Shown here: in pieces, positions 9,610 to 18,601 of the stretch | How the letters are laid out: the number at the start of each line of letters is the position of its first letter | Position numbering within the stretch: position 1 is the stretch's first letter | Origin: Pseudomonadales bacterium | GTDB taxonomy: Bacteria > Pseudomonadota > Gammaproteobacteria > Pseudomonadales > UBA5518 | Direction: 5' to 3' | Assembly (NCBI GenBank): GCA_035331685.1 | Contig: DAOLKH010000001.1 | Coordinates: 1-31,157, forward strand | DNA: 31,157 nt | Notes under the pieces: generated by a model | What the model was told of the DNA's origin: nothing | Databases searched by the model: none | The model's input: only the letters and a program-made list of their open reading frames with translations | Made by a program: the position numbers and the translations under genes

Positions 9610-10562
9610 GCGTTCGCGTCCGCAAAGTGCCGATAGCCCGCACGCTGCGGCACGAAGCCTTCGGCGCGCACCCCCGCTCCCTGCTCGACGCGCCCGATGC
9701 GCGTGCACGGAAGTCCAAGTGCATTCGCAATGCCCGTGATTTCGGCCGCACGTGCCGGCGCCGCCGTAAAACACAGTTCGTAGTCGTCACCCCCGCCCAG
9801 TACCAGCGAAAGCGCATCGTCACGGTCGGCGAGCCGGGTCAGCTCCGCTGCCAGCGGCAACCGGGAAGGCTCCACCACGATCGCGACACCACTGCGCTCG
9901 GCGATGTGTCCGGCGTCTGCAAGCAGGCCATCGGACACGTCGATCGCCGCACTCGCCACGCCGCGCAACGCCGCACCCAGTGCAATGCGTGGTTCGGGTT
10001 GCAGGAACACGCGCGCCGCTGCCGTCTCGGCATTGCCGGCAAGAATGTGTCGCAGGCCGAGCGCCGCGAGCCCCGGCTGCCCGCTGACCCACAGCTCGTC
10101 ACCGGCACACGCCCCGTCGCGACGCAACGCGCTGCCAGCCGGCACCGTTCCATGCACCTGCACCGTGATCGACAGCGGACCGCGCGTGGTATCGCCACCC
10201 ACCAGCGCAATGTCGAAGCGCCGGGCGAAAGCGGCGAGCGCGGCACTGAAGGCAGCCAGCCAGGGCTCATCCACCGCGGGCAGCGTCAGCGCGAGCGTGA
10301 ACCACGCCGGGCGCGCACCCATTGCAGCCAGATCACTGAGATTCACCGCGAGTGCACGCTGCGCCAGATGTGCCGGATCGAAGTCCGCCGGAAAATGCAC
10401 GCCAGCAACCAGCGTATCGACCGAGATCAGCAGGTCCTCGGCGGCAGGCACGCGCACGATGGCGCAATCGTCGCCAATGCCGAGCACGACCCCTGCAGCA
10501 GAAACCGCGAAGCGTTCAGCAGTGAAGTAGCGCGCAATCAGCTCGAACTCGCCGAGCGCCAC
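9606..10562 (-). CDS. thiL: Thiamine-monophosphate kinase
   Basis: GEFELI, GIGDDCA, AVNLSDLAAMGA, LVGGDT, AAIDVSDGL, GGDDYELCF. Confidence 0.96.
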   Translation of the reverse strand: MALGEFELIARYFTAERFAVSAAGVVLGIGDDCAIVRVPAAEDLLISVDTLVAGVHFPADFDPAHLAQRALAVNLSDLAAMGARPAWFTLALTLPAVDEPWLAAFSAALAAFARRFDIALVGGDTTRGPLSITVQVHGTVPAGSALRRDGACAGDELWVSGQPGLAALGLRHILAGNAETAAARVFLQPEPRIALGAALRGVASAAIDVSDGLLADAGHIAERSGVAIVVEPSRLPLAAELTRLADRDDALSLVLGGGDDYELCFTAAPARAAEITGIANALGLPCTRIGRVEQGAGVRAEGFVPQRAGYRHFADANA

Positions 10563-10573
10563 GTCTGTCTCCC

Positions 10574-11038
10574 TCAGCGCGGGCGCGCGCTTTCCGCCGC
10601 GCGCAGGTCACGTGCGACCCGATCGAGAACGGCATTCACGAAGCGGTGGCTCTCGGTGGCACCGAACTTCTTCGTCAGCGCCACCGCCTCGTTCAGCGCC
10701 ACGCGGTACGGGACGTCGGGCCGGCAGGCGAGCTCCCACGTCGCGATGCGCAGCACGGCACGCTCCACCGGCCCCAGCTTTTCCAGCGCGATGTCGAGAT
10801 GCGGTTCGAAGGCGGCTTCCAGCTCCGCGAGGCGGGCCGGAACACCGTGCAGGATCTCGTGGAAATAGTCGCGATCGGCACCGCGAAAGTCGAAATCCTC
10901 GTTGAACTGACGCTCGATGTCGTTCAGCGCGTTGGCGCTGAGCGCCCACTGGTACAGCGCCTGTACCGCATAGTGGCGCGCCTTGCGGCGTGCAGCGGCA
11001 AGCTGGCGTCTTTGCTGCTCCGGTGCGCTGTCAGTCAA
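10574..11038 (-). CDS. nusB: Transcription antitermination factor NusB
   Basis: RRKARHYAVQALYQW, VERAVLRIA...EL, PYRVALNEAVALTKKFG, FVNAVLD. TTG start at 11038 with GGAG RBS. Confidence 0.95.
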   Translation of the reverse strand: MTDSAPEQQRRQLAAARRKARHYAVQALYQWALSANALNDIERQFNEDFDFRGADRDYFHEILHGVPARLAELEAAFEPHLDIALEKLGPVERAVLRIATWELACRPDVPYRVALNEAVALTKKFGATESHRFVNAVLDRVARDLRAAESARPR

Positions 11039-11060
11039 CGGGACGGTCTCCGCGAGAGCC

Positions 11061-11531
11061 TCACAGGCGCGCCAGCAGGCTGACCATTTCGAGAGCGGAC
11101 AAGGCGGCTTCCTCACCCTTGTTGCCGGCCTTGGTGCCGGCACGCTCGATGGCCTGCTCGATGGTGTCGACGGTCAGCACACCGAACGCCACCGGAACGC
11201 CGGTCTGCAGCGACACCGTCGCGATTCCCTTGGTGCACTCTCCGGCAACGTGCTCGAAGTGCGGGGTCCCGCCGCGGATCACCGCGCCAAGCGCCACGAC
11301 CGCATCGTAGTTGCCACTGCGGGCCACTTTCTGCACCACCAGCGGCAGCTCGAAGGCGCCCGGTGCGCGCACCAGCGTGATCCGCTCGGCTGCCACACCG
11401 TGACGGCGCAGCGTATCCAGCGCGCCGGCGATCAGACTCTCGACCACGAAACTGTTGAAGCGGCTCGCCACCAGCGCAAACCGTGCCTCTCCCGGCGCGA
11501 ACACGCCTTCCACCGTCCTGATCGCGTCCAT
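11061..11531 (-). CDS. ribH: 6,7-dimethyl-8-ribityllumazine synthase
   Basis: [58 protein letters not shown]. Confidence 0.97.
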   Translation of the reverse strand: MDAIRTVEGVFAPGEARFALVASRFNSFVVESLIAGALDTLRRHGVAAERITLVRAPGAFELPLVVQKVARSGNYDAVVALGAVIRGGTPHFEHVAGECTKGIATVSLQTGVPVAFGVLTVDTIEQAIERAGTKAGNKGEEAALSALEMVSLLARL

Positions 11532-11615
11532 TTGTCTGCCTTGCCGTGGGTATGCGAAAAGAGCGCCAATTCTGCCATCAAAAGCGCATGCCGGCCATCG
11601 ACGATGACGGCGCGC

Positions 11616-12725
11616 TCAGTAGTCGAGATGCTCGACGATCTCGAGTCCGAAACCCGAAATCGCGCTGTAGCGCATCGGCGGACCCATCAGCCGGATCCTG
11701 CCGACCCCGAGCTGGCGCAGGATCTGCGAACCGACGCCGACCACGCTCAGCGCATTGCGCGTGCGCACCAAGCCACCCGCGCCACTTTCGCCAAGCGCAA
11801 CCTCCACACTGGCGAGCAGCTGCTCTGCGGTTTCCGGCTGTGCGAGCAGCACCAGCACGCCGCTGCCTTCGCACTCGATGCGCTCGAGGCAGCGCGCTGC
11901 GTTCCAGTCGCGCCCCCGACCCGGCACATCGGTACCCAGCACATCGCGCAGTGCCGCGGTCTGCTGCACGCGCACCAGCGTGGCCGCATTCGCATCGATC
12001 TGCCCGCGCGCCAGTGCCAGGTGAACCTGGCCGTCGTCGACATCGCGGAACACATGCAGACGGAACATTCCCCAGGCCGTCTGCACATCACCCTCACGGA
12101 TGCGCTGCACGGTGGTCTCATGGTTGAGGCGGAACTGGATCAATCCGGCGATGGTCCCGACACGCAATCCATGGCGGCGCGCAAATGCGAACAACGCCTC
12201 GCCGGTCGCCAGCGTGCCGTCACCGTTCAGCACATCGACCATCACCGCTGCCGGCTCGAAGCCGGCCAGTCGCGCCAGATCACAGCCGCCCTCGGTGTGA
12301 CCGGCACGCTTCAGCACCCCGCCAGGCTCGGCGCGCAGCGGAAACACGTGCCCCGGCTGCACCACGTCGCGCGGCTGCGCGCCACGAGCAACGGCGACGC
12401 GAATCGTATGGGCGCGGTCTGCAGCCGAAATTCCGGTGCTGATGCCCTCCGCCGCTTCGATCGATGCCGTGAACCGGCTCACAAACGGGTCTGGCGAACT
12501 GCCAACCATCGGCGGCAACTGCAACTGCGCGCAGCGCTCGGCGCTGAGTCCCAGGCACACCAGGCCGCGCGCCTGGCGCACCATGAAGTTGACCTTGTCG
12601 GCGCCGATATCCTCCGCCGGCGCGAGCAGCACCCCGCCGAGACGATCGTCGTCGTCATCGACCAGCACCACCATCTCGCCACGGCGAAAGCTGTCGATCA
12701 ATTCCTGTGTGGTATCGAACTTCAT
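11616..12725 (-). CDS. ribB: RibB-type DHBP synthase domain fused to a degenerate GTP cyclohydrolase II-like domain (RibBX architecture); the RibB active site also looks degenerate
   Basis: GISAADRA, PGHVFPL and GGVLKRAGHTE are present, but DDEDRENEGD reads DDDDDRLGGV. The C-terminal domain lacks the Zn-Cys cluster seen in the neighbouring RibA. Syntenic between ribC and ribH. Confidence 0.88.
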   Translation of the reverse strand: MKFDTTQELIDSFRRGEMVVLVDDDDDRLGGVLLAPAEDIGADKVNFMVRQARGLVCLGLSAERCAQLQLPPMVGSSPDPFVSRFTASIEAAEGISTGISAADRAHTIRVAVARGAQPRDVVQPGHVFPLRAEPGGVLKRAGHTEGGCDLARLAGFEPAAVMVDVLNGDGTLATGEALFAFARRHGLRVGTIAGLIQFRLNHETTVQRIREGDVQTAWGMFRLHVFRDVDDGQVHLALARGQIDANAATLVRVQQTAALRDVLGTDVPGRGRDWNAARCLERIECEGSGVLVLLAQPETAEQLLASVEVALGESGAGGLVRTRNALSVVGVGSQILRQLGVGRIRLMGPPMRYSAISGFGLEIVEHLDY

Positions 12726-13384
12726 GATGCGTCGAAGCCGTTGCGCAGCAGGAATTCGCGGCTGATGCCGGTCACGGTCGGTCGTGCCGCCGCATCGCCG
12801 AGCAACAGGCGCTCGAGGTAGCGTGCGATCACGTCCACTTCGAGATTCACGCGCGTTCCTGTCCGATAGTTGCCAAAAACCGTCTCGCCGGCCGTGACCG
12901 GAATGATGTTGAGGTCGAAGTCGGCGCCGTCGACCGCATTCACCGTCAGGCTGACGCCATCGACGCAGATCGACCCCTTGTGCGCGATGTAGCGCGCGAG
13001 CCCCTCGGGTGCACGCACGCGACAGCGTGTCGAGCGCCCATCCGAGTGCAGCGACACGACTTCCCCGACGCCGTCGACATGACCGCTGACGATATGGCCG
13101 CCGAGCCTCTCCCCGACGGCCATTGCCTTCTCGAGGTTCACGCGCGAGCCGCTCGCCAGCGAACCCAGCGTGGTGAGCGCAAGCGTCTCCAGCGAAACAT
13201 CGGCCGAGTACCAGTCGTCGCCGCGATCGACGACCGTGAGGCAGACACCGCTGGTGGCGATGCTGTCGCCATGACGCACATCCTGCATCCCGAGCCGGCC
13301 ACTGCCGACGTGCAGGCGCACATCACCGCCGCGACGCTCGATCCGGCGCACCTCTCCGATCGCCTGGATGATTCCCGTGAACAT
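12722..13384 (-). CDS. ribC: Riboflavin synthase (alpha chain)
   Basis: Diagnostic MFTGII N-terminus, SGVCLT, VNLEKAM, GGHIVSGHVDG, DGVSLTVN, VNLEVD. Confidence 0.97.
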   Translation of the reverse strand: MFTGIIQAIGEVRRIERRGGDVRLHVGSGRLGMQDVRHGDSIATSGVCLTVVDRGDDWYSADVSLETLALTTLGSLASGSRVNLEKAMAVGERLGGHIVSGHVDGVGEVVSLHSDGRSTRCRVRAPEGLARYIAHKGSICVDGVSLTVNAVDGADFDLNIIPVTAGETVFGNYRTGTRVNLEVDVIARYLERLLLGDAAARPTVTGISREFLLRNGFDAS

Positions 13385-13426
13385 CCGAACTCCTGTCTCG
13401 CCCAAATGAATCCGCTGCCGTCCACA

Positions 13427-14560
13427 TCAGGCCGCTTGCGCAGCCACGCTGGCAGTGATCCGCCAGTCGTCACCGACTGCACTGATATCACTGATATGCA
13501 GCGCCACCTTCTCGGCCATTGCGCTCAGTGGCAGCTCGAACAGCGGTCGTGCCGAGCTGCCGAGCAGCGCCGGCGCAACGTAGAACACCAGCTCGTCGGC
13601 CAGCCCTGCACGCAGCACTGCGCCGGCAAGCGCCGCACCGGCCTCGATCAATACCTCGTTGCATTGCGCTGCAGCCAGGTATTCGAGCAGCGCGTGCAGA
13701 TCGACCCGCCTGTCCTCGCCGGGAAGATGCAACAGCCTCGCGCCTGCTGCGGTGAGCGCTCCCTCGCGGACCGTATTGGCACCGGCCGTGACAACGATGG
13801 CCTCGCCGGGCTCTCCGAGCAAGCGTGCCGAGACAGGCGTGCGGGCCTGCGAGTCCACAACCACGCGCAGCGGCTGCCGTGACACCCGCTCTTCGCCAGG
13901 ATTCATGGCCAGGCGCACGTCGAGGCGCGGGTCATCGTGCAGCACGGTGCCGATGCCGGTCACGATCGCGCAACTGCGCGCGCGCAAGCGCTGCACGTCG
14001 GCGCGTGCAGCAACACCGGTGATCCACTTGCTGCTGCCGTCGGCCATCGCGGTACGCCCGTCGAGGCTCATCGCGAGCTTGATCCGTACCCACGGCAAAC
14101 CGGTCGTCATGCGCTTGAAAAACCCGGGGTTCAGCGCGCGGGCCTCGCGCTCCAGCAAGCCACACTCCACCGTGACCCCACCGGCACGCAGCAAGGCGAT
14201 ACCATCACCGGCAACCAGCGGGTTGGGATCGCGCGTGGCAACGACAACCCGCGCCACCCCCGATGCGAGCAGCGCTTCGGCGCACGGCGGCGTACGCCCG
14301 TGATGGCTGCAGGGTTCCAGGGTTACATAGGCAGTGGCACCGGCAGGCGATTCGTGCGCCGCCCGCAGGGCCGCGACTTCCGCGTGTTCCTCCCCGGCCC
14401 GGCGATGGAATCCACTCGCGATCACGTGCTCGCCGCGTGCAATCACGCAGCCGACGCGCGGGTTCGGTGCCGTCGTGTACAGGCCACGGCGCGCCAGCCC
14501 GATCGCGTGCGCCATGTGGCGGATATCGATGCTCGTCTGCGCGTCCATACCGGCAATCAC
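13427..14560 (-). CDS. ribD: Bifunctional diaminohydroxyphosphoribosylaminopyrimidine deaminase/reductase
   Basis: [42 protein letters not shown]. Start is GTG 14560 (overlapping the nrdR stop) or ATG 14548. Confidence 0.96.
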   Translation of the reverse strand: MIAGMDAQTSIDIRHMAHAIGLARRGLYTTAPNPRVGCVIARGEHVIASGFHRRAGEEHAEVAALRAAHESPAGATAYVTLEPCSHHGRTPPCAEALLASGVARVVVATRDPNPLVAGDGIALLRAGGVTVECGLLEREARALNPGFFKRMTTGLPWVRIKLAMSLDGRTAMADGSSKWITGVAARADVQRLRARSCAIVTGIGTVLHDDPRLDVRLAMNPGEERVSRQPLRVVVDSQARTPVSARLLGEPGEAIVVTAGANTVREGALTAAGARLLHLPGEDRRVDLHALLEYLAAAQCNEVLIEAGAALAGAVLRAGLADELVFYVAPALLGSSARPLFELPLSAMAEKVALHISDISAVGDDWRITASVAAQAA

Positions 14561-15039
14561 CCGGCCGTGCCAGCGGGGCTTGCGTCCTGCTCCTCGGCCA
14601 GGCGTTCGATCTCGGCGCGGAATTCATTCAGGTCCTGGAAGCTGCGGTAGACCGATGCGAAACGCACGAAAGCCACGTGGTCGACCGCCTTCAACTGGCG
14701 CATCACCTCTTCCCCGACCACGCGCGAAGGCACTTCACGCTCACCGGTAGCGATCAGCGCGTGCTTGATCCGGCTCAGCATCTGCTCCACACGCTCGACG
14801 CTCACCGGGCGCTTTTCGATCGCGCGCACTATCCCCTGGCGCAGCTTGTCCTCGTGGAACGGTTCACGCACCCCGCTCTGCTTGATGATCCGAGGCAACA
14901 TCAACTCGGCGGTCTCGTAGGTCGTGAAACGCTCGGAACAGCCGAGACACTCGCGACGCCGACGCACCTGATCGCCGTCGGCAACCAGCCGCGAGTCGAT
15001 GACCTTGGTGTCGGCCGCGGAGCAGAACGGACAGCGCAT
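14557..15039 (-). CDS. nrdR: Transcriptional repressor NrdR
   Basis: MRCPFC...VIDSR...[20 protein letters not shown] cone, [13 protein letters not shown]. Confidence 0.97.
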   Translation of the reverse strand: MRCPFCSAADTKVIDSRLVADGDQVRRRRECLGCSERFTTYETAELMLPRIIKQSGVREPFHEDKLRQGIVRAIEKRPVSVERVEQMLSRIKHALIATGEREVPSRVVGEEVMRQLKAVDHVAFVRFASVYRSFQDLNEFRAEIERLAEEQDASPAGTAG

Positions 15040-15214
15040 GAACGGGAAAGTACGGATGGTGGCGAGGCGCGCATGGTAGCACAGCAAGCGTGAACGGCCT
15101 GGGCACGAGACCGGGCGGCATCCGCATGATCCGGCACGTATGATCCAGCCCATGCCAACGGTCCGGCGCTTGCGGTAGACTCGGCAAAAACCACACTATC
15201 GAGAGGTGTTCAGC

Positions 15215-16051
15215 ATGAGCACGAAGGACGGCGACAGTCACAAGACCGTGTTCATCACCGGCGCTGCCGGAGGGCTTGGCGCGGCCACGGCCCGCTACCT
15301 GGCCGAGCACGAATGGATGGTATTCGCCGCGGACTACGATGCAAAGGCGCTCGAGGAACTCGAAGGCGAAACGAACATCCATCCGCTGCGCGTCGATGTC
15401 ACCGACGCCCAGAGCTGCGAGGCGGCGCGGCGCAAGGTGGCGTCCATGTGCCGCGGACTCGACGGCATCGTGAACTTCGCGGGGATTCTCGCCGTCGGCT
15501 CATTGGTTGAAATCGACCCCGAGACGGTGCGCCGCGTGCTCGAGGTCAACGTGATGGGCACGGTAAGGGTGAACCACGCGCTGTTTCGCCATGTGCTGGC
15601 ACGCAAGGGGCGGATCGTGAACATCAGTTCGGAAACGGGCTGGCAGACGGCGATGCCATTCAACGGACCCTACGCGATGAGCAAGCACGCGATCGAGGCC
15701 TACTCCGATGCGTTGCGTCGCGAGCTGATGTTTCTCGATATTCCGGTGATCAAGATCCAGCCAGGGCCGTTTCGTACCGGCATGGTGGCAAGCATCGAAG
15801 AGAATTTCGATCGCGTGACAAAGTCGTCGAAATACTTCAAGGGTCTGCTGAACAACCTGAAGAAGGCGACCATCAAGGAACAGGACAAGGCGCACGATCC
15901 GCTGCTGCTCGCCCGCACGGTCCATGGTGCGCTGACCGACCGCTGGCCGCGGGCAGCGTACTCGGTAAAGCCGGATCCGCAGCGCATCGCCTTGAATCGG
16001 CTGCCGGAGTGGTCGATCGACCGGGTACTGAAGCGACTCCTGCGCAACTGA
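15215..16051 (+). CDS. Short-chain dehydrogenase/reductase (classical SDR)
   Basis: TGAAGGLG, VNFAG, GRIVNISS, YAMSK (YxxxK). ATG at 15215 with GAGGTG RBS. Confidence 0.9.
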   Translation: MSTKDGDSHKTVFITGAAGGLGAATARYLAEHEWMVFAADYDAKALEELEGETNIHPLRVDVTDAQSCEAARRKVASMCRGLDGIVNFAGILAVGSLVEIDPETVRRVLEVNVMGTVRVNHALFRHVLARKGRIVNISSETGWQTAMPFNGPYAMSKHAIEAYSDALRRELMFLDIPVIKIQPGPFRTGMVASIEENFDRVTKSSKYFKGLLNNLKKATIKEQDKAHDPLLLARTVHGALTDRWPRAAYSVKPDPQRIALNRLPEWSIDRVLKRLLRN

Positions 16052-16133
16052 GCAGGGATGCCATTTGCGCACGCGCAGCCGATCCGTATGCTGTGGCGCT
16101 CCGATCGACCAGGGTCCGCCAGAGGAACAGGGA

Positions 16134-16553
16134 ATGGACGTGCGCAGGCTCACTGACACCATTGCGGTCAGCTCGCAGATTTCCGTGCCGGAGGTCGCCG
16201 AGGCCGCACGCCTCGGGTTTCACACGCTGATCAACAACCGTCCCGACGGAGAAGATCCCGGTCAACCCTCGGCCCGCGAGATCGAGGCCGCGGCGCGCGT
16301 GGCGGGGCTGGAGTACCACCACCTGCCGGTGACCATGGGTGCGCTCGGTGCGCGGGACGCACGCGCATTCGCCGCGCTCATCGCCCAGGCTCACGCACCG
16401 GTACTCGCCTTCTGCCGCAGCGGAACACGCTCGGCCATGCTGTGGGCGCTGACACGCGCCGGATACGGAGACACGGAGCAGGTGATCTCCGTGGCTGCGC
16501 GCGCGGGTTACGACCTGAGTGGTCTGCGCCCTGTGCTCGAACACGGCATCTAG
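16134..16553 (+). CDS. TIGR01244/DUF442-family sulfurtransferase (PTP-like fold) protein
   Basis: INNRPDGEDPGQPS and the Cx5R loop LAFCRSGTRS. 139 aa standalone domain. Confidence 0.85.
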   Translation: MDVRRLTDTIAVSSQISVPEVAEAARLGFHTLINNRPDGEDPGQPSAREIEAAARVAGLEYHHLPVTMGALGARDARAFAALIAQAHAPVLAFCRSGTRSAMLWALTRAGYGDTEQVISVAARAGYDLSGLRPVLEHGI

Positions 16554-16557
16554 GCGC

Positions 16558-16583
16558 ACACGCCCGCACTTGCACGGGCGTGT
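16558..16583. terminator. Perfect 9-bp inverted repeat: terminator or operator before bfr
   Basis: ACACGCCCG-8 nt-CGGGCGTGT directly followed by TAGCAT (a -10-like hexamer). Confidence 0.35.
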
Positions 16584-16622
16584 TAGCATGCCGTGGCAGC
16601 GACACGCAGGGGAGGCAGGCCG

Positions 16623-17087
16623 ATGCAAGGCGACAGACAGGTCATCCAGCACCTCAACAGGGCGCTCCGACAGGAGCTGACCGCGATCAACCAGTATTTC
16701 CTGCACGCCCGGATGTACCGCAACTGGGGACTTGCGCAGCTCGCCGACCACGAATACCACGAGTCGATCGACGAAATGAAGCACGCCGATCAGCTGGTAC
16801 AGCGCATCCTGTTTCTCGAGGGACTGCCGAATCTGCAGGATCTCGGGACGCTGCGCATCGGTGAAAACACACGCGAGATCCTCGAAGCGGATCTCGCGCT
16901 GGAACTGGAGGCGGTCCCGCCCCTGCGCGAGGCGATCACGCACTGCGAATCCGTGCGCGACTTCGTCAGCCGCCAGTTGTTCGCAGACATCCTCGAGGCC
17001 GAGGAAGAACACATCGACTGGATCGAAACACAGCTCGGACTGATCCAGCAGATCGGCATCGAGAACTATCTGCAGTCGAAGATGTGA
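16623..17087 (+). CDS. bfr: Bacterioferritin
   Basis: [21 protein letters not shown] (ferroxidase Glu/His plus heme-ligand Met), [18 protein letters not shown]. Confidence 0.96.
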   Translation: MQGDRQVIQHLNRALRQELTAINQYFLHARMYRNWGLAQLADHEYHESIDEMKHADQLVQRILFLEGLPNLQDLGTLRIGENTREILEADLALELEAVPPLREAITHCESVRDFVSRQLFADILEAEEEHIDWIETQLGLIQQIGIENYLQSKM

Positions 17088-17123
17088 ACGACGACGGGAG
17101 CTCCTGCATCGGTAGTTGTTGCT

Positions 17124-17149
17124 ATTGCGAATCTATCTCATTTGAGATA
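17124..17149. promoter_or_regulatory. Probable Fur box upstream of bfd
   Basis: ATTGCGAATCTATCTCATT (17124-17142) matches AATGATAATCATTATCATT at 13/19 by hand count. It overlaps a perfect TATCTCA-TT-TGAGATA palindrome in an AT-rich patch. bfd is a known Fur target in gammaproteobacteria. Confidence 0.65.
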
Positions 17150-17194
17150 ACTTTCATCGCATCAGCGTCCTCCATCAATAGTGGGAGCAGCGTG

Positions 17195-17410
17195 ATGTAT
17201 ATCTGCATCTGCAACAGCGTGACCGATCGCGACATCGCCAAGGCGGTGCACAGCGGTGCGCGGACGCTGGCGCACCTCGAGTCCACGCTTGGCGTTGGAA
17301 CCTGTTGCGGTCGCTGCCGCGACAAGGCGAGCGACTGTCTGCGTAGCCTGCAGCAGCAGCCCACGCCCGCCGTTGCCGCCGGCGGGCTGGCATTCGCGCT
17401 GTCCGCCTGA
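17195..17410 (+). CDS. bfd: Bacterioferritin-associated ferredoxin (2Fe-2S)
   Basis: MYICICNSVTDRDI...GVGTCCGRC (CxC...CxxC). GGGAG RBS. Confidence 0.93.
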   Translation: MYICICNSVTDRDIAKAVHSGARTLAHLESTLGVGTCCGRCRDKASDCLRSLQQQPTPAVAAGGLAFALSA

Positions 17411-17459
17411 TGGCGGTGTGCCGACGACCCGCGGACGAGCCACAGGTACCGGCACGGAC

Positions 17460-18557
17460 ATGGTGTTGAAGCGCCCCGCCTGGCCCGCTGGGCAGGTGGT
17501 CGTCCTGGAGCACACGTCAAAGGTCCTCGCCGACAATCCGCTTGGTGATCCGCACACGCGCCTGCTGCACGTGTGGCTGCCTCCGCAGTACCTTGCGGGC
17601 GCAACGCAGCGTCGCTTTCCGGTACTGTTCGATCTCGCTGGCTATCTCGGTTCGGGGCCAGGGCACCTGGCGTGGCGCGGCTTCGAGGAAAACCTCGCGG
17701 AGCGAGCGGCACGACTGGTGCACGAGCGGCGCATGAAACCGGCAATCCTGGTGTTCCCCGATTGCTTCACCGCACTCGGCGGCAACCAGTACATCAACTC
17801 CTCGGCGATAGGCCACTACGCCGATTACCTGACGCGCGAACTCGTGCCTTTCGTCGACCGCGAATTCCGCAGCATCGCCAGCCGCGATGGGCGCGGCTGT
17901 TTCGGCAAGTCCTCCGGCGGCTACGGCGCAATGGTGCACGCGATGAAGTATCCGCACTGCTGGGGTGCGGTTGCGAACCATTCGGGTGATGCGTACTTCG
18001 AGTTCCTGTATCGCAGCGACTGGCCAAACACACTGGACGAGCTCGCGCGCTTTCGCCAGCCAGCGCTCGAACCCGGCGCATGGAGCCCTCCGCCGGCACA
18101 CGCGACGCTGGCACCAGGCACCGACGACGGGCGCGTGCGACGCTTCCTCGAACACGTCTGGCAGAAGCAGCGACTCGAATCACGCGAATCGATGTGCCTG
18201 ATGAACCTTGCGATGGCCGCAAGCTACGATCCCGACCCACAGGCGCCGAACGGATTTCACGTGCCGTTCGACCTTGAAACCGGCGCGCTGCTGCCACAGC
18301 GCTGGAAGCGCTGGCTCGCACACGATCCGGTACGCATGGTTGCGCGCTACAGCGCGAACCTGAAGACACTGCGCGGCCTGTTCATCGACTGTGGCTGGCG
18401 CGATCAGTTCCACATCCATTACGGCTGTCGCCAGCTCGCGAGTGCGCTCGAACGACACGGCGTCGACCACGTCTACGAGGAATTCGACGGCACGCATTCG
18501 GGCATCGACCATCGCCTCGAACGCAGCCTGCCGTTCCTGAGCCGCGCGCTCGGCTGA
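17460..18557 (+). CDS. Alpha/beta-hydrolase of the enterochelin-esterase-like (putative esterase) family
   Basis: LADNPLGDP, PDCFTALGGNQYINS, nucleophile elbow GKSSGG (GxSxG), C-terminal EEFDGTH. Confidence 0.82.
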   Translation: MVLKRPAWPAGQVVVLEHTSKVLADNPLGDPHTRLLHVWLPPQYLAGATQRRFPVLFDLAGYLGSGPGHLAWRGFEENLAERAARLVHERRMKPAILVFPDCFTALGGNQYINSSAIGHYADYLTRELVPFVDREFRSIASRDGRGCFGKSSGGYGAMVHAMKYPHCWGAVANHSGDAYFEFLYRSDWPNTLDELARFRQPALEPGAWSPPPAHATLAPGTDDGRVRRFLEHVWQKQRLESRESMCLMNLAMAASYDPDPQAPNGFHVPFDLETGALLPQRWKRWLAHDPVRMVARYSANLKTLRGLFIDCGWRDQFHIHYGCRQLASALERHGVDHVYEEFDGTHSGIDHRLERSLPFLSRALG

Positions 18558-18601
18558 AGAATACGCGGATCGTCCGATCAACTACCGTCCGTGACCGCCC
18601 A

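Noticed and set aside
12630-12660. GAC/GAT run as a microsatellite or sequencing slip explaining the RibB motif change
   Set aside because: Frame and motif length are preserved and a second site (LCE to MVD) is also altered, so a single slip does not explain it.
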